From IMG/VR virus record IMGVR_UViG_3300037478_000223, positions 1 to 64,000 of that record: a stretch of 64,000 nucleotides of DNA. One strand, given 5' to 3'. The DNA is from a virus. Its lineage: Duplodnaviria; Caudoviricetes. Each line of letters begins with the position of its first letter. The first letter of the stretch is position 1. The position numbers were made by a program, and so were the translations under genes. This document shows positions 9,689-18,756 of the stretch, one piece after another. The notes below the pieces were generated by a model, which saw nothing but the letters and a program-made list of their open reading frames with translations, was not told where the DNA came from and made no database searches.

Positions 9689-9812
9689 CGACGTAACGGC
9701 GCCCGTGGCATGTGCCGCATGACGTCGGCAACGCCCAGATGGTTCGAGCGGCGTAGTGCACGACCGGGTGTAGTCGGATACCGCTGCCCTGGCATGTCCG
9801 GCATCGTGTCAC
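9537..9812 (-). CDS. small DnaJ-type zinc-finger protein (CRTCQGSG...CGTCHG)
   Basis: AGGAGG RBS + GTG; two CxxCxG motifs; 3' part overlaps glycosyltransferase end. Confidence 0.55.
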   Translation of the reverse strand: MTRCRTCQGSGIRLHPVVHYAARTIWALPTSCGTCHGRRYVAISSAAPPRTPTGPALPHSPVTRQASAPVTRMLPTRSDGASSFLPPEPTS

Positions 9813-10023
9813 GGTTCCCCGGTCCTCCTGATGTTCAGGGTGAAGATGAGTCTTAACCTGACTCTACGGAGTTCTTCGCGTACCTCCATGCGGAAACAGA
9901 TGCAGGGCCGACAGACACACGATGCCCGGTCATGCGTCGCCGGATCGTTCTCCACCCAGAAGCGTTCAGTCATGCCGCCGTTGTTCCCCCTCGAACCACG
10001 CCCGTTGCCCCTGGCGCCGCATG

Positions 10024-10071
10024 TGCCGCGCCATCTGCCGCGCCATCTGATGCGCCATCTGATGCGCCAGG
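10024..10071. repeat. four 12-bp tandem repeats (core GCGCCATC)
   Basis: TGCCGCGCCATC x2, TGATGCGCCATC, TGATGCGCCAGG. Confidence 0.9.
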
Positions 10072-10277
10072 ATCATTCCACTATCTTCCTCGTGGAATCG
10101 GTATCCGCACCCGACATATGCACAACATACGTGTTGCGCCCGGTGCGGGATGAAAATAGAATGGGAGGCAACCCATCCACGACAGGAACGAGTCATGCCC
10201 AAGATCTACGTATGCCGCCGGTGCGGAAACGCCACCACCAACCCGTCCCGGTACTGCCCAGCCTGCCGGTATCGCAA

Positions 10278-10317
10278 GGGGGCCCTTGCACCATCCCACA
10301 ATGGTGCAAGGGCCCCC
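10278..10317. terminator. 17-bp-stem hairpin, likely terminator at end of traB
   Basis: GGGGGCCCTTGCACCAT / ATGGTGCAAGGGCCCCC, followed by CTTTT. Confidence 0.75.
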
Positions 10318-10340
10318 CTTTTCCCCCTCTGCCACACAGA

Positions 10341-12533
10341 CTACCGGCCACGTGCCCGATTCTGCGCGTCAACCACATCGGCGCGCTTGACGCCCTTGGT
10401 CGGTGCGACGTCACTACTGATCCGCACCGAACCCACCTTCACCCCGGCCTCACGGAACAACTGGCCCACGTCCCGCGCGCCACACTCACCCCACGAGCCT
10501 GGGTCATGCGCTCGCAGCAGCGAAGCCAGCTCGCCCAGCCCGGCAGACGGGCGAACCACAGTCCCGTCCAGCGGCCACACGTCCACCACCGCGTCCAGGA
10601 ACACACCAGACGTCCCGTCATCGTCGTCCGCCGGGACATCTCCGGCCGCCATCCCGGACAGCGTGCCAGCCTCACGCCGCATGGCCTCGATTTCCTTCAC
10701 CATCGCGTGCACGCTCGGCAAGTCCAGGTAGGACAGCTTCGTCTTGACCATCGAACCACCAGCGATCCCGATGAACGCGACACCCGGCGTGTCGATGTCC
10801 ACCGCACGGTAGCCCCGGCCGTGAGCATCGGACCCGAGCGCGATATTCGCGTCAGCGATGCTGTTCTGCGCGTGCCCGACGCGGTGCTTGCACCGGTCCA
10901 GGATCCGCGCCGGAACAGTGCCTTCCTTCGCGCCCTGGAACACGAGCCGGACCGTGATTCCGACCGAGCGAGCCGTCTGCACGACGTCCAACAAGCTGTC
11001 TTCGGCCTCGTTCGCGATCGGGGACAGGAACACACGCGGGACCTCGTCCAGCAGCACGAACACCGGCCGCATGTCCTGGCGATCCGCCAACGCGTCGGTC
11101 AGCTTCGAGTCCGGGCATTCCTCGAACGGAAGCGTCTCCAACACCTTGTTCCGCCGTGCGACCTCGGACCGGAGCCACTTCAACGTCCCCATGAACGCCT
11201 CCAGGTCCGCCGCGTCGCACCCGTTGCGCAAGGTGTGCGCGATCGGCGCGAACGCCTTGTAGTCCAGCCCACCCTTGAAGTTGTGGATGGCCAAGAGCGT
11301 TCGCGGGTCCATCGCGGCACCCAGGATCAGCAGCCGCGCGGTAGCCGACTTCCCGGAACCGACGTCGCCAGCAATCCCGCCGTTCGTCTCGAACAACGGC
11401 ACGATGACATCCCGACCCCGCGCGTCCACGCCGACCGGAACACCATCGAAGTACGAGCGCGAGCGCACCTGAGCCCACTTCCACGCCGGAGACGGCATGC
11501 GGGACAGCAGCCCGTCAGCAACGAACAGCTCGAACGCACCCGGCGACACGTCCGGCAACGGCTCCACCACCAGGCACTCAGCAGGCTTGCCCATCGCGGA
11601 CGCGAACCGGCCGTGACGCTTGATCAACTCAGCCGTCTCCAGTCCAGGAGCCATCCTCACCGTGAGCAACACGCCACCCTGCACGCGCTCACCAGACATC
11701 ACGCGCGACTTGGCACCGTGCAGGGCACCGAACCCGGACATGGCCAACGCGTTCTCCACGGTGGTGACCAACGCCTGATCCTCGTGAGACGACGGAGCCA
11801 GTTCCTTGGGATCCTTCGACCTGAACAGGTGAAACTTCCCCTGCACCGGATCCCCCTCCGGCATCTGCGCAGTCACGACCACCGGCCGCACCGACTCCAC
11901 AGCACCGGGACCGTCCGGCACGGGCGCTCGAAGATCTTCCGGCACCTCGGCACGTAACGGCCACGTGTTACGGCGCTCGCGGACGCCCGCGACGATGAAC
12001 ACGGTGACGGTTCCTGCGATCACGGCTGCCGGGACGGTCCCCCACTTGCCGTGTTCGGACCACATCCACGCCGCGAAGAACGGGGAGGCGACCACAGCCA
12101 GGCGCAGCAGCTTCCCGCGTCCCTTCCCGGCCGCGACCCAGTTCTTGGCTCGTACGGCGCTGACCTTCACCCCGAGGGCGAAGTACAGCGGCGCGCGCAC
12201 GATGTGGAATGCGGCGATACGGCCTGTGTATGCGGCGCGTGCCTTGAAGCCGCCACGGACACGCGGGATCGGGACCGGGCGCACGACGGGCGCGGGCTGC
12301 GGCGCGACAACTGCCCCGGCGGGAACCGTCTGCGCTGTGGCCGGTTCGACGACGGGCCCGTTGTCCGGCTCCGCGTCGCCGCTCGCTGTGTCGTTGCTGT
12401 CGAAGGTCTCTTCGATCCGGTCAAGCGAATCATCGGCTTCGAGCATGTCCAAGAGCCGTTCGTTCACCTCGTCAGCTTCGTAGCCGCTGAGCCGTTCGTG
12501 GTCGCCGTCGTCGTAGTGTGCATTGTCGGTCAT
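10341..12533 (-). CDS. traB: FtsK/SpoIIIE-family DNA translocase, actinomycete plasmid TraB-like
   Basis: N-terminal hydrophobic segments; Walker A GDVGSGKS; Walker B VFVLLDE; ARSVGI..RL..Q motif; C-terminal possible wHTH region; start placed at ATG after GGAAGG RBS. Confidence 0.8.
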   Translation of the reverse strand: MTDNAHYDDGDHERLSGYEADEVNERLLDMLEADDSLDRIEETFDSNDTASGDAEPDNGPVVEPATAQTVPAGAVVAPQPAPVVRPVPIPRVRGGFKARAAYTGRIAAFHIVRAPLYFALGVKVSAVRAKNWVAAGKGRGKLLRLAVVASPFFAAWMWSEHGKWGTVPAAVIAGTVTVFIVAGVRERRNTWPLRAEVPEDLRAPVPDGPGAVESVRPVVVTAQMPEGDPVQGKFHLFRSKDPKELAPSSHEDQALVTTVENALAMSGFGALHGAKSRVMSGERVQGGVLLTVRMAPGLETAELIKRHGRFASAMGKPAECLVVEPLPDVSPGAFELFVADGLLSRMPSPAWKWAQVRSRSYFDGVPVGVDARGRDVIVPLFETNGGIAGDVGSGKSATARLLILGAAMDPRTLLAIHNFKGGLDYKAFAPIAHTLRNGCDAADLEAFMGTLKWLRSEVARRNKVLETLPFEECPDSKLTDALADRQDMRPVFVLLDEVPRVFLSPIANEAEDSLLDVVQTARSVGITVRLVFQGAKEGTVPARILDRCKHRVGHAQNSIADANIALGSDAHGRGYRAVDIDTPGVAFIGIAGGSMVKTKLSYLDLPSVHAMVKEIEAMRREAGTLSGMAAGDVPADDDDGTSGVFLDAVVDVWPLDGTVVRPSAGLGELASLLRAHDPGSWGECGARDVGQLFREAGVKVGSVRISSDVAPTKGVKRADVVDAQNRARGR

Positions 12534-12630
12534 GGCGGGGGTTCCTTCCGGTGGGGGATGTGCGTCGGTCCCGCCGCGTGAGTGGTACGGCGGGACCGAC
12601 TGGAGGGGCAACAGGGGGTAGGCGCGCGTG

Positions 12631-13035
12631 TCAGGCGAACCCGAATGCGCCGATCGTGGAGTTGATCGCCAGCGGCAGCCACGACGTGATCAGCGGAGTT
12701 GTACCGACGATCATGCACGCGATCACCAGGGGCACAAGCTCACCCTTCTTGATGGTCTTGTCCCACAGGATGACGGCCAGGATCGCGGTCGCGATGGCCA
12801 GGACACCCACCGTGTAGGTCGCGCCTCCAGCCGTGGACGGGAACCCGAGCATGCCAGTGAACGCGTTGATGATGCCGTTGAGCATCGGGGCAAGGAACCC
12901 CTGAATCCTGGGGGCCGATCCGACGATCATCGACACGATGATCAGGATGTAGAGCGCCGCGCCGCTGGTCTTGTTGTGCCTGATCATGAAGATGAGCATG
13001 CCGACAGCGAACATGGCGACAAATGCGTCATACAT
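12631..13035 (-). CDS. multi-TM membrane protein, Tra/Spd-like
   Basis: About 4 hydrophobic helices; directly upstream of traB. Confidence 0.65.
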   Translation of the reverse strand: MYDAFVAMFAVGMLIFMIRHNKTSGAALYILIIVSMIVGSAPRIQGFLAPMLNGIINAFTGMLGFPSTAGGATYTVGVLAIATAILAVILWDKTIKKGELVPLVIACMIVGTTPLITSWLPLAINSTIGAFGFA

Positions 13036-13172
13036 GGGTGGTTGGTGCCTCTCTTGTTGGCTGTGAGGCAGCTAGGATGTGTCTGCCTCGTTGGTTGGGG
13101 TTGGGCTGTGACTGCTGTCTCCCGTCTTACTGGAGGGCGGGAGGCAGCGCGCTCGCGGTGCAGGGGGCTGGG

Positions 13173-13445
13173 TCAGTCCTCGCCGTGGAACTGCTTGTGG
13201 ATCTTCCGGGAGGCGATCACGCGCCGGACTTGCTGGGGTGTGAGTCCGAACATCTTGCCAATCTTCCCGGTCGTGAGGCCACCCTTCGAGGGGGTAGTTT
13301 CGTCACGGTCCTGGGTGTAGATCCGGTAGATCTCGGCATCACGTTCGGCCAGTGCCCGGCTGGACTCTTCACGCGCTTGGGTCAGCTTGACGGCCAGGGG
13401 GTGCAGCGCGGGTTCCTGCGGTTCCTCCTTCGAGTTTCGGGTCAT
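13173..13445 (-). CDS. small HTH transcriptional regulator (Kor-like candidate repressor)
   Basis: GLTTGKIGKMFGLTPQQVRRVIA helix-turn-helix; AGAAAGG RBS. Confidence 0.7.
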   Translation of the reverse strand: MTRNSKEEPQEPALHPLAVKLTQAREESSRALAERDAEIYRIYTQDRDETTPSKGGLTTGKIGKMFGLTPQQVRRVIASRKIHKQFHGED

Positions 13446-13471
13446 GGTTGCCTTTCTGGTGGACGAATATT

Positions 13472-13548
13472 GCAACGCCAATGTTGCCACACCACACACC
13501 CTTAATGCAACTAGAACGTTGCGCGCGCGTGGGTGCTTCCCGTACAGT
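13472..13548. promoter_or_regulatory. divergent control region with two perfect GCAAC-N6-GTTGC operators (13472-13487, 13507-13522)
   Basis: + promoter TTGCGC-N18-TACAGT; - promoter TTGCAT-N18-CAACAT bracketed by both operators. Confidence 0.8.
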
Positions 13549-13593
13549 CAGGGACCGACACCACACTCACCACGCATGGAAGGAACCACCACC

Positions 13594-14570
13594 ATGGGCA
13601 AGCTCATCGCCGCCATCATCCTTGGCGCTTTCCTGGGCGTCTTCGTCATGCTCGCCCTCGGGTACGACAAGACCCTTGCCGCCTCGTTCGCCCAGAACGC
13701 CCGCACTGTCTCGCACATCGTCGGCACCATGAACGACGCCACTGCCACGGGCGGGGGCGAGTGATGTTCGGCGGAGACGACCGCGTATCACGCACCCTGC
13801 GCCGCTTCATGCTCTGGGGCGTGCTGTCCCTGATCGCCTACCTGATCTTCTCCACCGAGGTCACAACGGTTCCCGGCAGCTTCGGGGACGTCCTGGAGAG
13901 CACATGGGTCCCGGTGCTGATCACCCTGACCATCGGGTTCATCCTGTTCGCCCCGGACAAGTGGGCCAAGGCCGTCAAGGGGTTCTTCGGCCTGGTCATC
14001 CTGTCCATCGTCCTGTACTGGATCCTGTTCTAGCCCATGGCGACGCATAGACGGTGGTGGAACACACCATTCGGAAACGGACCAATCACCGTGGCACTAT
14101 GGTGGCTGGCCTGGACACCACTGTTCGTCGGCGCGTGCGCTTACACGGCCGGACTCCTGGCCTGGTTCCTCGCTCAGCTCGTCGGGTGGGGAATCATCCA
14201 GATACTCACCACCGCACCCGCCACCTAGAGAGGGAACACCATGGACGCCAGCGACTTCGATCCGCGCAACCCCCGCGACGCCCGCGCGTTCGCGGAAGGA
14301 GTCATGGCAGCCCAACGCGATTCCCGGGCCCGGATCGAACAGCAGCAGCACCACACCGAACAGGCCGAAGAAGCCAAGCGGCATCTGGGATGGCTCGTGC
14401 TGTGCGCGATGCTCTTCCTCACTACCGCGTTCAACGCGGAGTCATGGGCGATCGGCCTCGCGTCGTTCGTGCTCGGACTCGGCATCGCGGGTGCTGTCGT
14501 CGCCAAGATCGTGTCGTGGCACAGGCACGCGACCGAAGCCAGGAACTACGAACCCGAGGCCGGAAAGTGA
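13594..14570 (+). CDS. four small membrane proteins (13594-13764, 13764-14033, 14037-14228, 14241-14570), Spd-like or holin-like
   Basis: Each has 1-2 hydrophobic helices; tightly packed, divergent from HTH/traB. Confidence 0.6.
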
Positions 14571-15332
14571 TCATCGACAAGATCGCACGCAAGATCACGA
14601 GCAAGCACGTGGAATCCACGTCCCGAACCGCCTACCACGGCACCGTGTACCGGATCAGGACCGTGGTGTGGCGCCATTGGGGCGGTCTGGCATGGTCATA
14701 CACCATCGAACGCCCCAACCTGTCCAACCCGCTGGCACCGCGCATCGTTGATGCATCTAGGATTCACCTTTCCTACTACCAGGCCAAGCATGAGGCAGTG
14801 ATTGAGGTAGGTGCCATCATGGATGACATCTACGCCACCATGAGCGCCATCTACGATGGTCATCCTCAGTACACGCACAGCCTCAACGACAGGGGAAGAT
14901 AGGGACATGGAACTCGAAGTGACGATGTGCGGCTACCTGGACGACGTCGTTCCCATCGACGTGCAGTACAGGCGCAACATCCTGCGCCGCTACAGCTACC
15001 TCCTGTACTGGGTGGAGCCCATCGACCGGTACGGCTACCAGACCTCCGCGTCGCAGGCGCGCGCGCGCGTCGAACCTCGTCGCTTCTGGACCATGCAGGC
15101 AGCAGAACGCCACGCCCGCGAAGCCGCCCAGACGATCCGTGAGCGCGTGGCCCGGGAAGCGGACTACTACGAACTTCCGGCGGCTTCGTGAACCGGCGTA
15201 CCCGTACCGTGTTCGTCGCCATCCTGGCCGTCACTCTCGCAATCGCGTGGGTGACGGCCGGTTTCATGTTCACCCACTGGCACAACGACCCGCTTCCCAT
15301 TGAAACGCCCGGGTCCATGTCACGATGAGGGC

Positions 15333-16019
15333 ATGGCCCTTTCCCAGCAGGTCACACCAACCTACGTGCTTGATCTCTACATGCGTTGGGCCGACCTCAA
15401 CGGCTACCACGTGGGCGAACACCCGGACTACGGCGGAGTAACACCCGGCGTGCACGCGCTCGCCTCATGGCACAAGGACGGCCTTGCAACGGACATCAAC
15501 TGGGGCGTCGGCAACCCACCGGCAGAGCGAGATAAGCTGATCACCGCAGCCATCGTGGCCGAATCGATGGGTCTAGCGCTCACCTATGCCAGATACGGGA
15601 CCGCCGGGTCAGCATCGAATCACCGCAACCATCTCCACGTAGACGTAGGTGAATGGTCGAACTACGGGAACGGCAACGTACGCCGCAAGCCTGGAAGCCT
15701 GGTCCCCTACCGGCTCCAGACAGCAGTGTTCCGCTTCGTGCGCCAGCGAGACAACCTCTGGGGCGACCAGACAGGCAAGCGGCTCCACGCCGTACGCATG
15801 GCTTCCAGGATGCACGGGACCAAGTTCCCCTACGGGATCCCGTTTACGCGCCGCGTCATCAGCGCCCGGAGCGGCAAGAACTGGGATCACTCAGCCCGTG
15901 AGGAACATGACGCTACCGTTCTCGTGATCCAGGAAGCCCTCAACGTCACCGAAGACGCCGTATGGGGCACCGAGACTGATAGCGCCTACCTGGAGGCGCA
16001 AGGCCGCTACCGGCGGTAG
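15333..16019 (+). CDS. endolysin, peptidase M15/LAS-type with C-terminal PG-binding segment
   Basis: SWHKDGLATD and HRNHLHVD Zn motifs; IQEALNV..DAVWG.ET PG-binding-like tail. Confidence 0.75.
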   Translation: MALSQQVTPTYVLDLYMRWADLNGYHVGEHPDYGGVTPGVHALASWHKDGLATDINWGVGNPPAERDKLITAAIVAESMGLALTYARYGTAGSASNHRNHLHVDVGEWSNYGNGNVRRKPGSLVPYRLQTAVFRFVRQRDNLWGDQTGKRLHAVRMASRMHGTKFPYGIPFTRRVISARSGKNWDHSAREEHDATVLVIQEALNVTEDAVWGTETDSAYLEAQGRYRR

Positions 16020-16070
16020 ACGAAAGCGCCAGCCACCATGCATGGTGACTGGCGCTCGCGGCTTCGTGGT

Positions 16071-16448
16071 TCAGGCCAGGTCGGCGCGCGTGTAGGTGAC
16101 CTCACCGGAACGGGAAGAGCCGTTCATGACGGGGACCGTGATGGCGTCGGTTCCGTCACGGTCCATGCGGCGGGTGAGCATGGCCTTGAAGCCCTCGCGG
16201 AGGGGGACCAGGCCGTCACGGACGCGGACGCTGATAGACGCGTCCAGCGGGCTCAGGATCGTCGCGCGCGGTCCGGCCCGGTGAAGTTCCTCGGGGCGGT
16301 AGCTCTCGGTGACTCCGTTGTCGTGGCGGACGACGGCGATGGTAGTCGCGCGGCGGATGACCGTTCCGGCGTAGCCGAGTCCGGACGGGAACCGGCGGAC
16401 GCGGTCGCCGGGGGCCGGGAAGTTGAAGAGGCTGTTGGTGGTGGTCAT
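16071..16448 (-). CDS. small cassette protein, unknown function
   Basis: GAAAGGA RBS after promoter 16520-16560. Confidence 0.6.
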   Translation of the reverse strand: MTTTNSLFNFPAPGDRVRRFPSGLGYAGTVIRRATTIAVVRHDNGVTESYRPEELHRAGPRATILSPLDASISVRVRDGLVPLREGFKAMLTRRMDRDGTDAITVPVMNGSSRSGEVTYTRADLA

Positions 16449-16519
16449 GGCGGGCCGTCCTTTCGTGGCTCCCAGTGGCTCCGGTGGAGCGCGTGGGCTG
16501 GGTGCCCCCGACAACGAGT

Positions 16520-16560
16520 ACGTTACACACTTCCTCGCGCGTGCGCAACATCAACGTTGC
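16520..16560 (-). promoter_or_regulatory. operator-promoter unit
   Basis: GCAAC-ATCAAC-GTTGC 16545-16560; TTGCGC-N17-TAACGT. Confidence 0.9.
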
Positions 16561-16642
16561 TCGGGACGTGAAACGGCCGGTGACATCCGGAAGAAAATCC
16601 GTCCCCCCGGATGCCACAGGCCGTCTGACCAGCGGACCTACT

Positions 16643-16915
16643 CTACTCGCTCGCGCTGACAGCCTCCGACTGGCAGCAGCCCGAACCCTTCACCGTCTCG
16701 GAGTCCACGGCACTGACCTCCAGTGCCAGCGACGCGCGACACGCCGCGTCCTTGCCTTCCAGCAGCTTGCGAAGAGCCACGCTCTTCTCAGGGCCGTCCG
16801 GCAAGTAGTCGTCCCACTCGGCCGCCAGTGCCTCAGCCGGGAGCGCTGCTCCCACGATACGCACATCAGTGGTGCGCTTGGTGGTGTCGAAGTATTGCAT
16901 CACGTGGTTGCTCAT
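16643..16915 (-). CDS. small helical-hairpin phage protein, possibly Acb2/Tad1-hairpin-like
   Basis: LPDGPEKSVALRKLLEGKDAACRA motif. Confidence 0.4.
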   Translation of the reverse strand: MSNHVMQYFDTTKRTTDVRIVGAALPAEALAAEWDDYLPDGPEKSVALRKLLEGKDAACRASLALEVSAVDSETVKGSGCCQSEAVSASE

Positions 16916-18340
16916 GTTCGCACGCTACAGCGCAACGTACTCCCGCGCCGGATCACCGTCAGGGCGACGTCTTCCCGTGTACGGGTCACGGATCCACCCC
17001 GTGGGCTCCGTCTCAGGATGGTTACCGTCCCAATCCCGGGCGCCCTGTATCGCGCCCTGAATGGTGGCGTAGCACCAGTGCTTCTCGAATCCAAGTTCTC
17101 CATCCGGTCCGACGACCAGAGCCCACGTAAACAGCCGCGACACGAGCCACACGACATGCCCGGAGTCGAGGACGCGGAGCCGGGAGCCACATGCGATCGG
17201 ATCCCATGGGTATGTCTCGTCGATGATCATGACACCGGCAGAACGGGGCCGATGATGCAGTTGCCGGGGCCGCCACCGATCAGCGTTCCAGCTTGCTCTA
17301 CGTCGCCGGTGTCCTCGGGGTCGGTGTCCAGCTTCACGAGTGCCTGACCGTCGTTGTCGGGACCGTCGATCTTGGTGATCTTTCCCGACTTGATCAGCTC
17401 GTAGCGGCCGTCGTAGGGGACGTAAACCGCGACCTCGTCACCGACTGACACGTCTGCGACGTCGATCCTTGCCACGTGGTCTGTGGTGTTTCCGATGTCG
17501 TGAACAGTCACTTCCAACTGTGCGGCTACCATCCCGTAGACGGCTGCCGCTGAACTGTTCCTTACGACTTCGGTCCCCTTAGCGCTACCGTGCGCCCGCG
17601 CGTTTCTGCGCTTCGCGGAGTCGCGCCACGTGTCGATCAGCGTATGAAGCTCGTCCCGGAGGGAACTCCAGGGCATCCGGTCTTGCTGGTCCTGGAACCC
17701 GATGGCTTCCGCGCCACGGAGGATGCCGGTCAGGTGATCCCACGTGCGGGCGAAGCTGCCCGTGTTGGCCACGGACTTCCGGCCGATATCGACCATGTAG
17801 TCTCCCGCAGCCCGGATGACATGCGTCCGACCTTGGGTGACGCGCGTCTTGCGACTCTCGCTGACTGTGATCGATAGGCCGGTGTCGTGGGATACCACGG
17901 CTGCCCACCATCGCAGCTTCTCCAGGTCAGACCACCGATTGTCCAGGGGCGGCTCTATCCAGGTAGTCCACGACGATCCCTCTCCGTCGCCCAGCCGTGT
18001 CACGGTGCCATCGAATCCATCGGTCATGCGGGTACGCTACAGCGCGGCGAATTGCCACGTCTGGATGGACGCGGTGAGCTACTGCCCTGCGGGTGGCTGA
18101 CCAGGCTGCCCGCTCTCGGCGTCCATCTCCGCAACCTCGTCAAGGTGCGCGAGCACGGTCCGCACGACTAGGCGCATCTTCTGCGCCATCGTGGTCGAAC
18201 GGTCTTCGAGAGCGTTGAGCCATGCCGCGTCAGCGACGAAGGTCGCGAGCTGAACACGCGGGTCATCCTCGGGGACCGGCTCAGGTTCGATCTTCACCCA
18301 TCCGAGGGGCGTTGCCTTGTGAACTGTCACAGGGGCGACC

Positions 18341-18718
18341 CTAGTCGCGATTCGGGCGCCGTCGCCCCGAGTACCAGGGCAGCGCGAGCCCATCGCCAGG
18401 GGCGCGGGGCACTAGGTGTAGATGTAGATGGAACACGGACTGCGTTGCTGCATGTCCACGTGAGGTGATGATGTTCATGGGCTGATCACTCAGTCTGCCG
18501 ATGACTGCGGCGGCTTTCATGGTCAGTGCGGACACTTCCGGGTCAGTGGTGAAGTCTGGCACGTGTACGCGCGGGATGATCAGCGTGTGCCCAGTGACTA
18601 CCGGATCAAGCGGGATGATGGCGATGACGTCAGGCCATCTATGGATCACGTCTGCCGGGGCTCGCCCGGCCGCGATCTCGCAGAACACGCACGCTTCATC
18701 GCTCATCTTGCTCACCAT
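18341..18718 (-). CDS. HIT-family nucleotide hydrolase
   Basis: CVFC at N-terminus, GHTLIIP, QSVFHLHLHLVP histidine triad. Confidence 0.9.
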   Translation of the reverse strand: MVSKMSDEACVFCEIAAGRAPADVIHRWPDVIAIIPLDPVVTGHTLIIPRVHVPDFTTDPEVSALTMKAAAVIGRLSDQPMNIITSRGHAATQSVFHLHLHLVPRAPGDGLALPWYSGRRRPNRD

Positions 18719-18722
18719 GTGC

Positions 18723-18756
18723 TCACTGGAACGGTCACTGGAACGGTCACTGGAAA
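18723..18756. repeat. three 12-bp tandem repeats TCACTGGAACGG
   Basis: Directly visible, upstream of HIT gene. Confidence 0.9.

Noticed and set aside
9831-11957. 708-aa + strand ORF (and other long ORFs such as 34051-35532, 62682-63554, 29143-30216, 671-1618)
   Set aside because: Antisense or alternate-frame shadows of real genes in GC-rich DNA; Arg/Pro/His-rich with no motifs.
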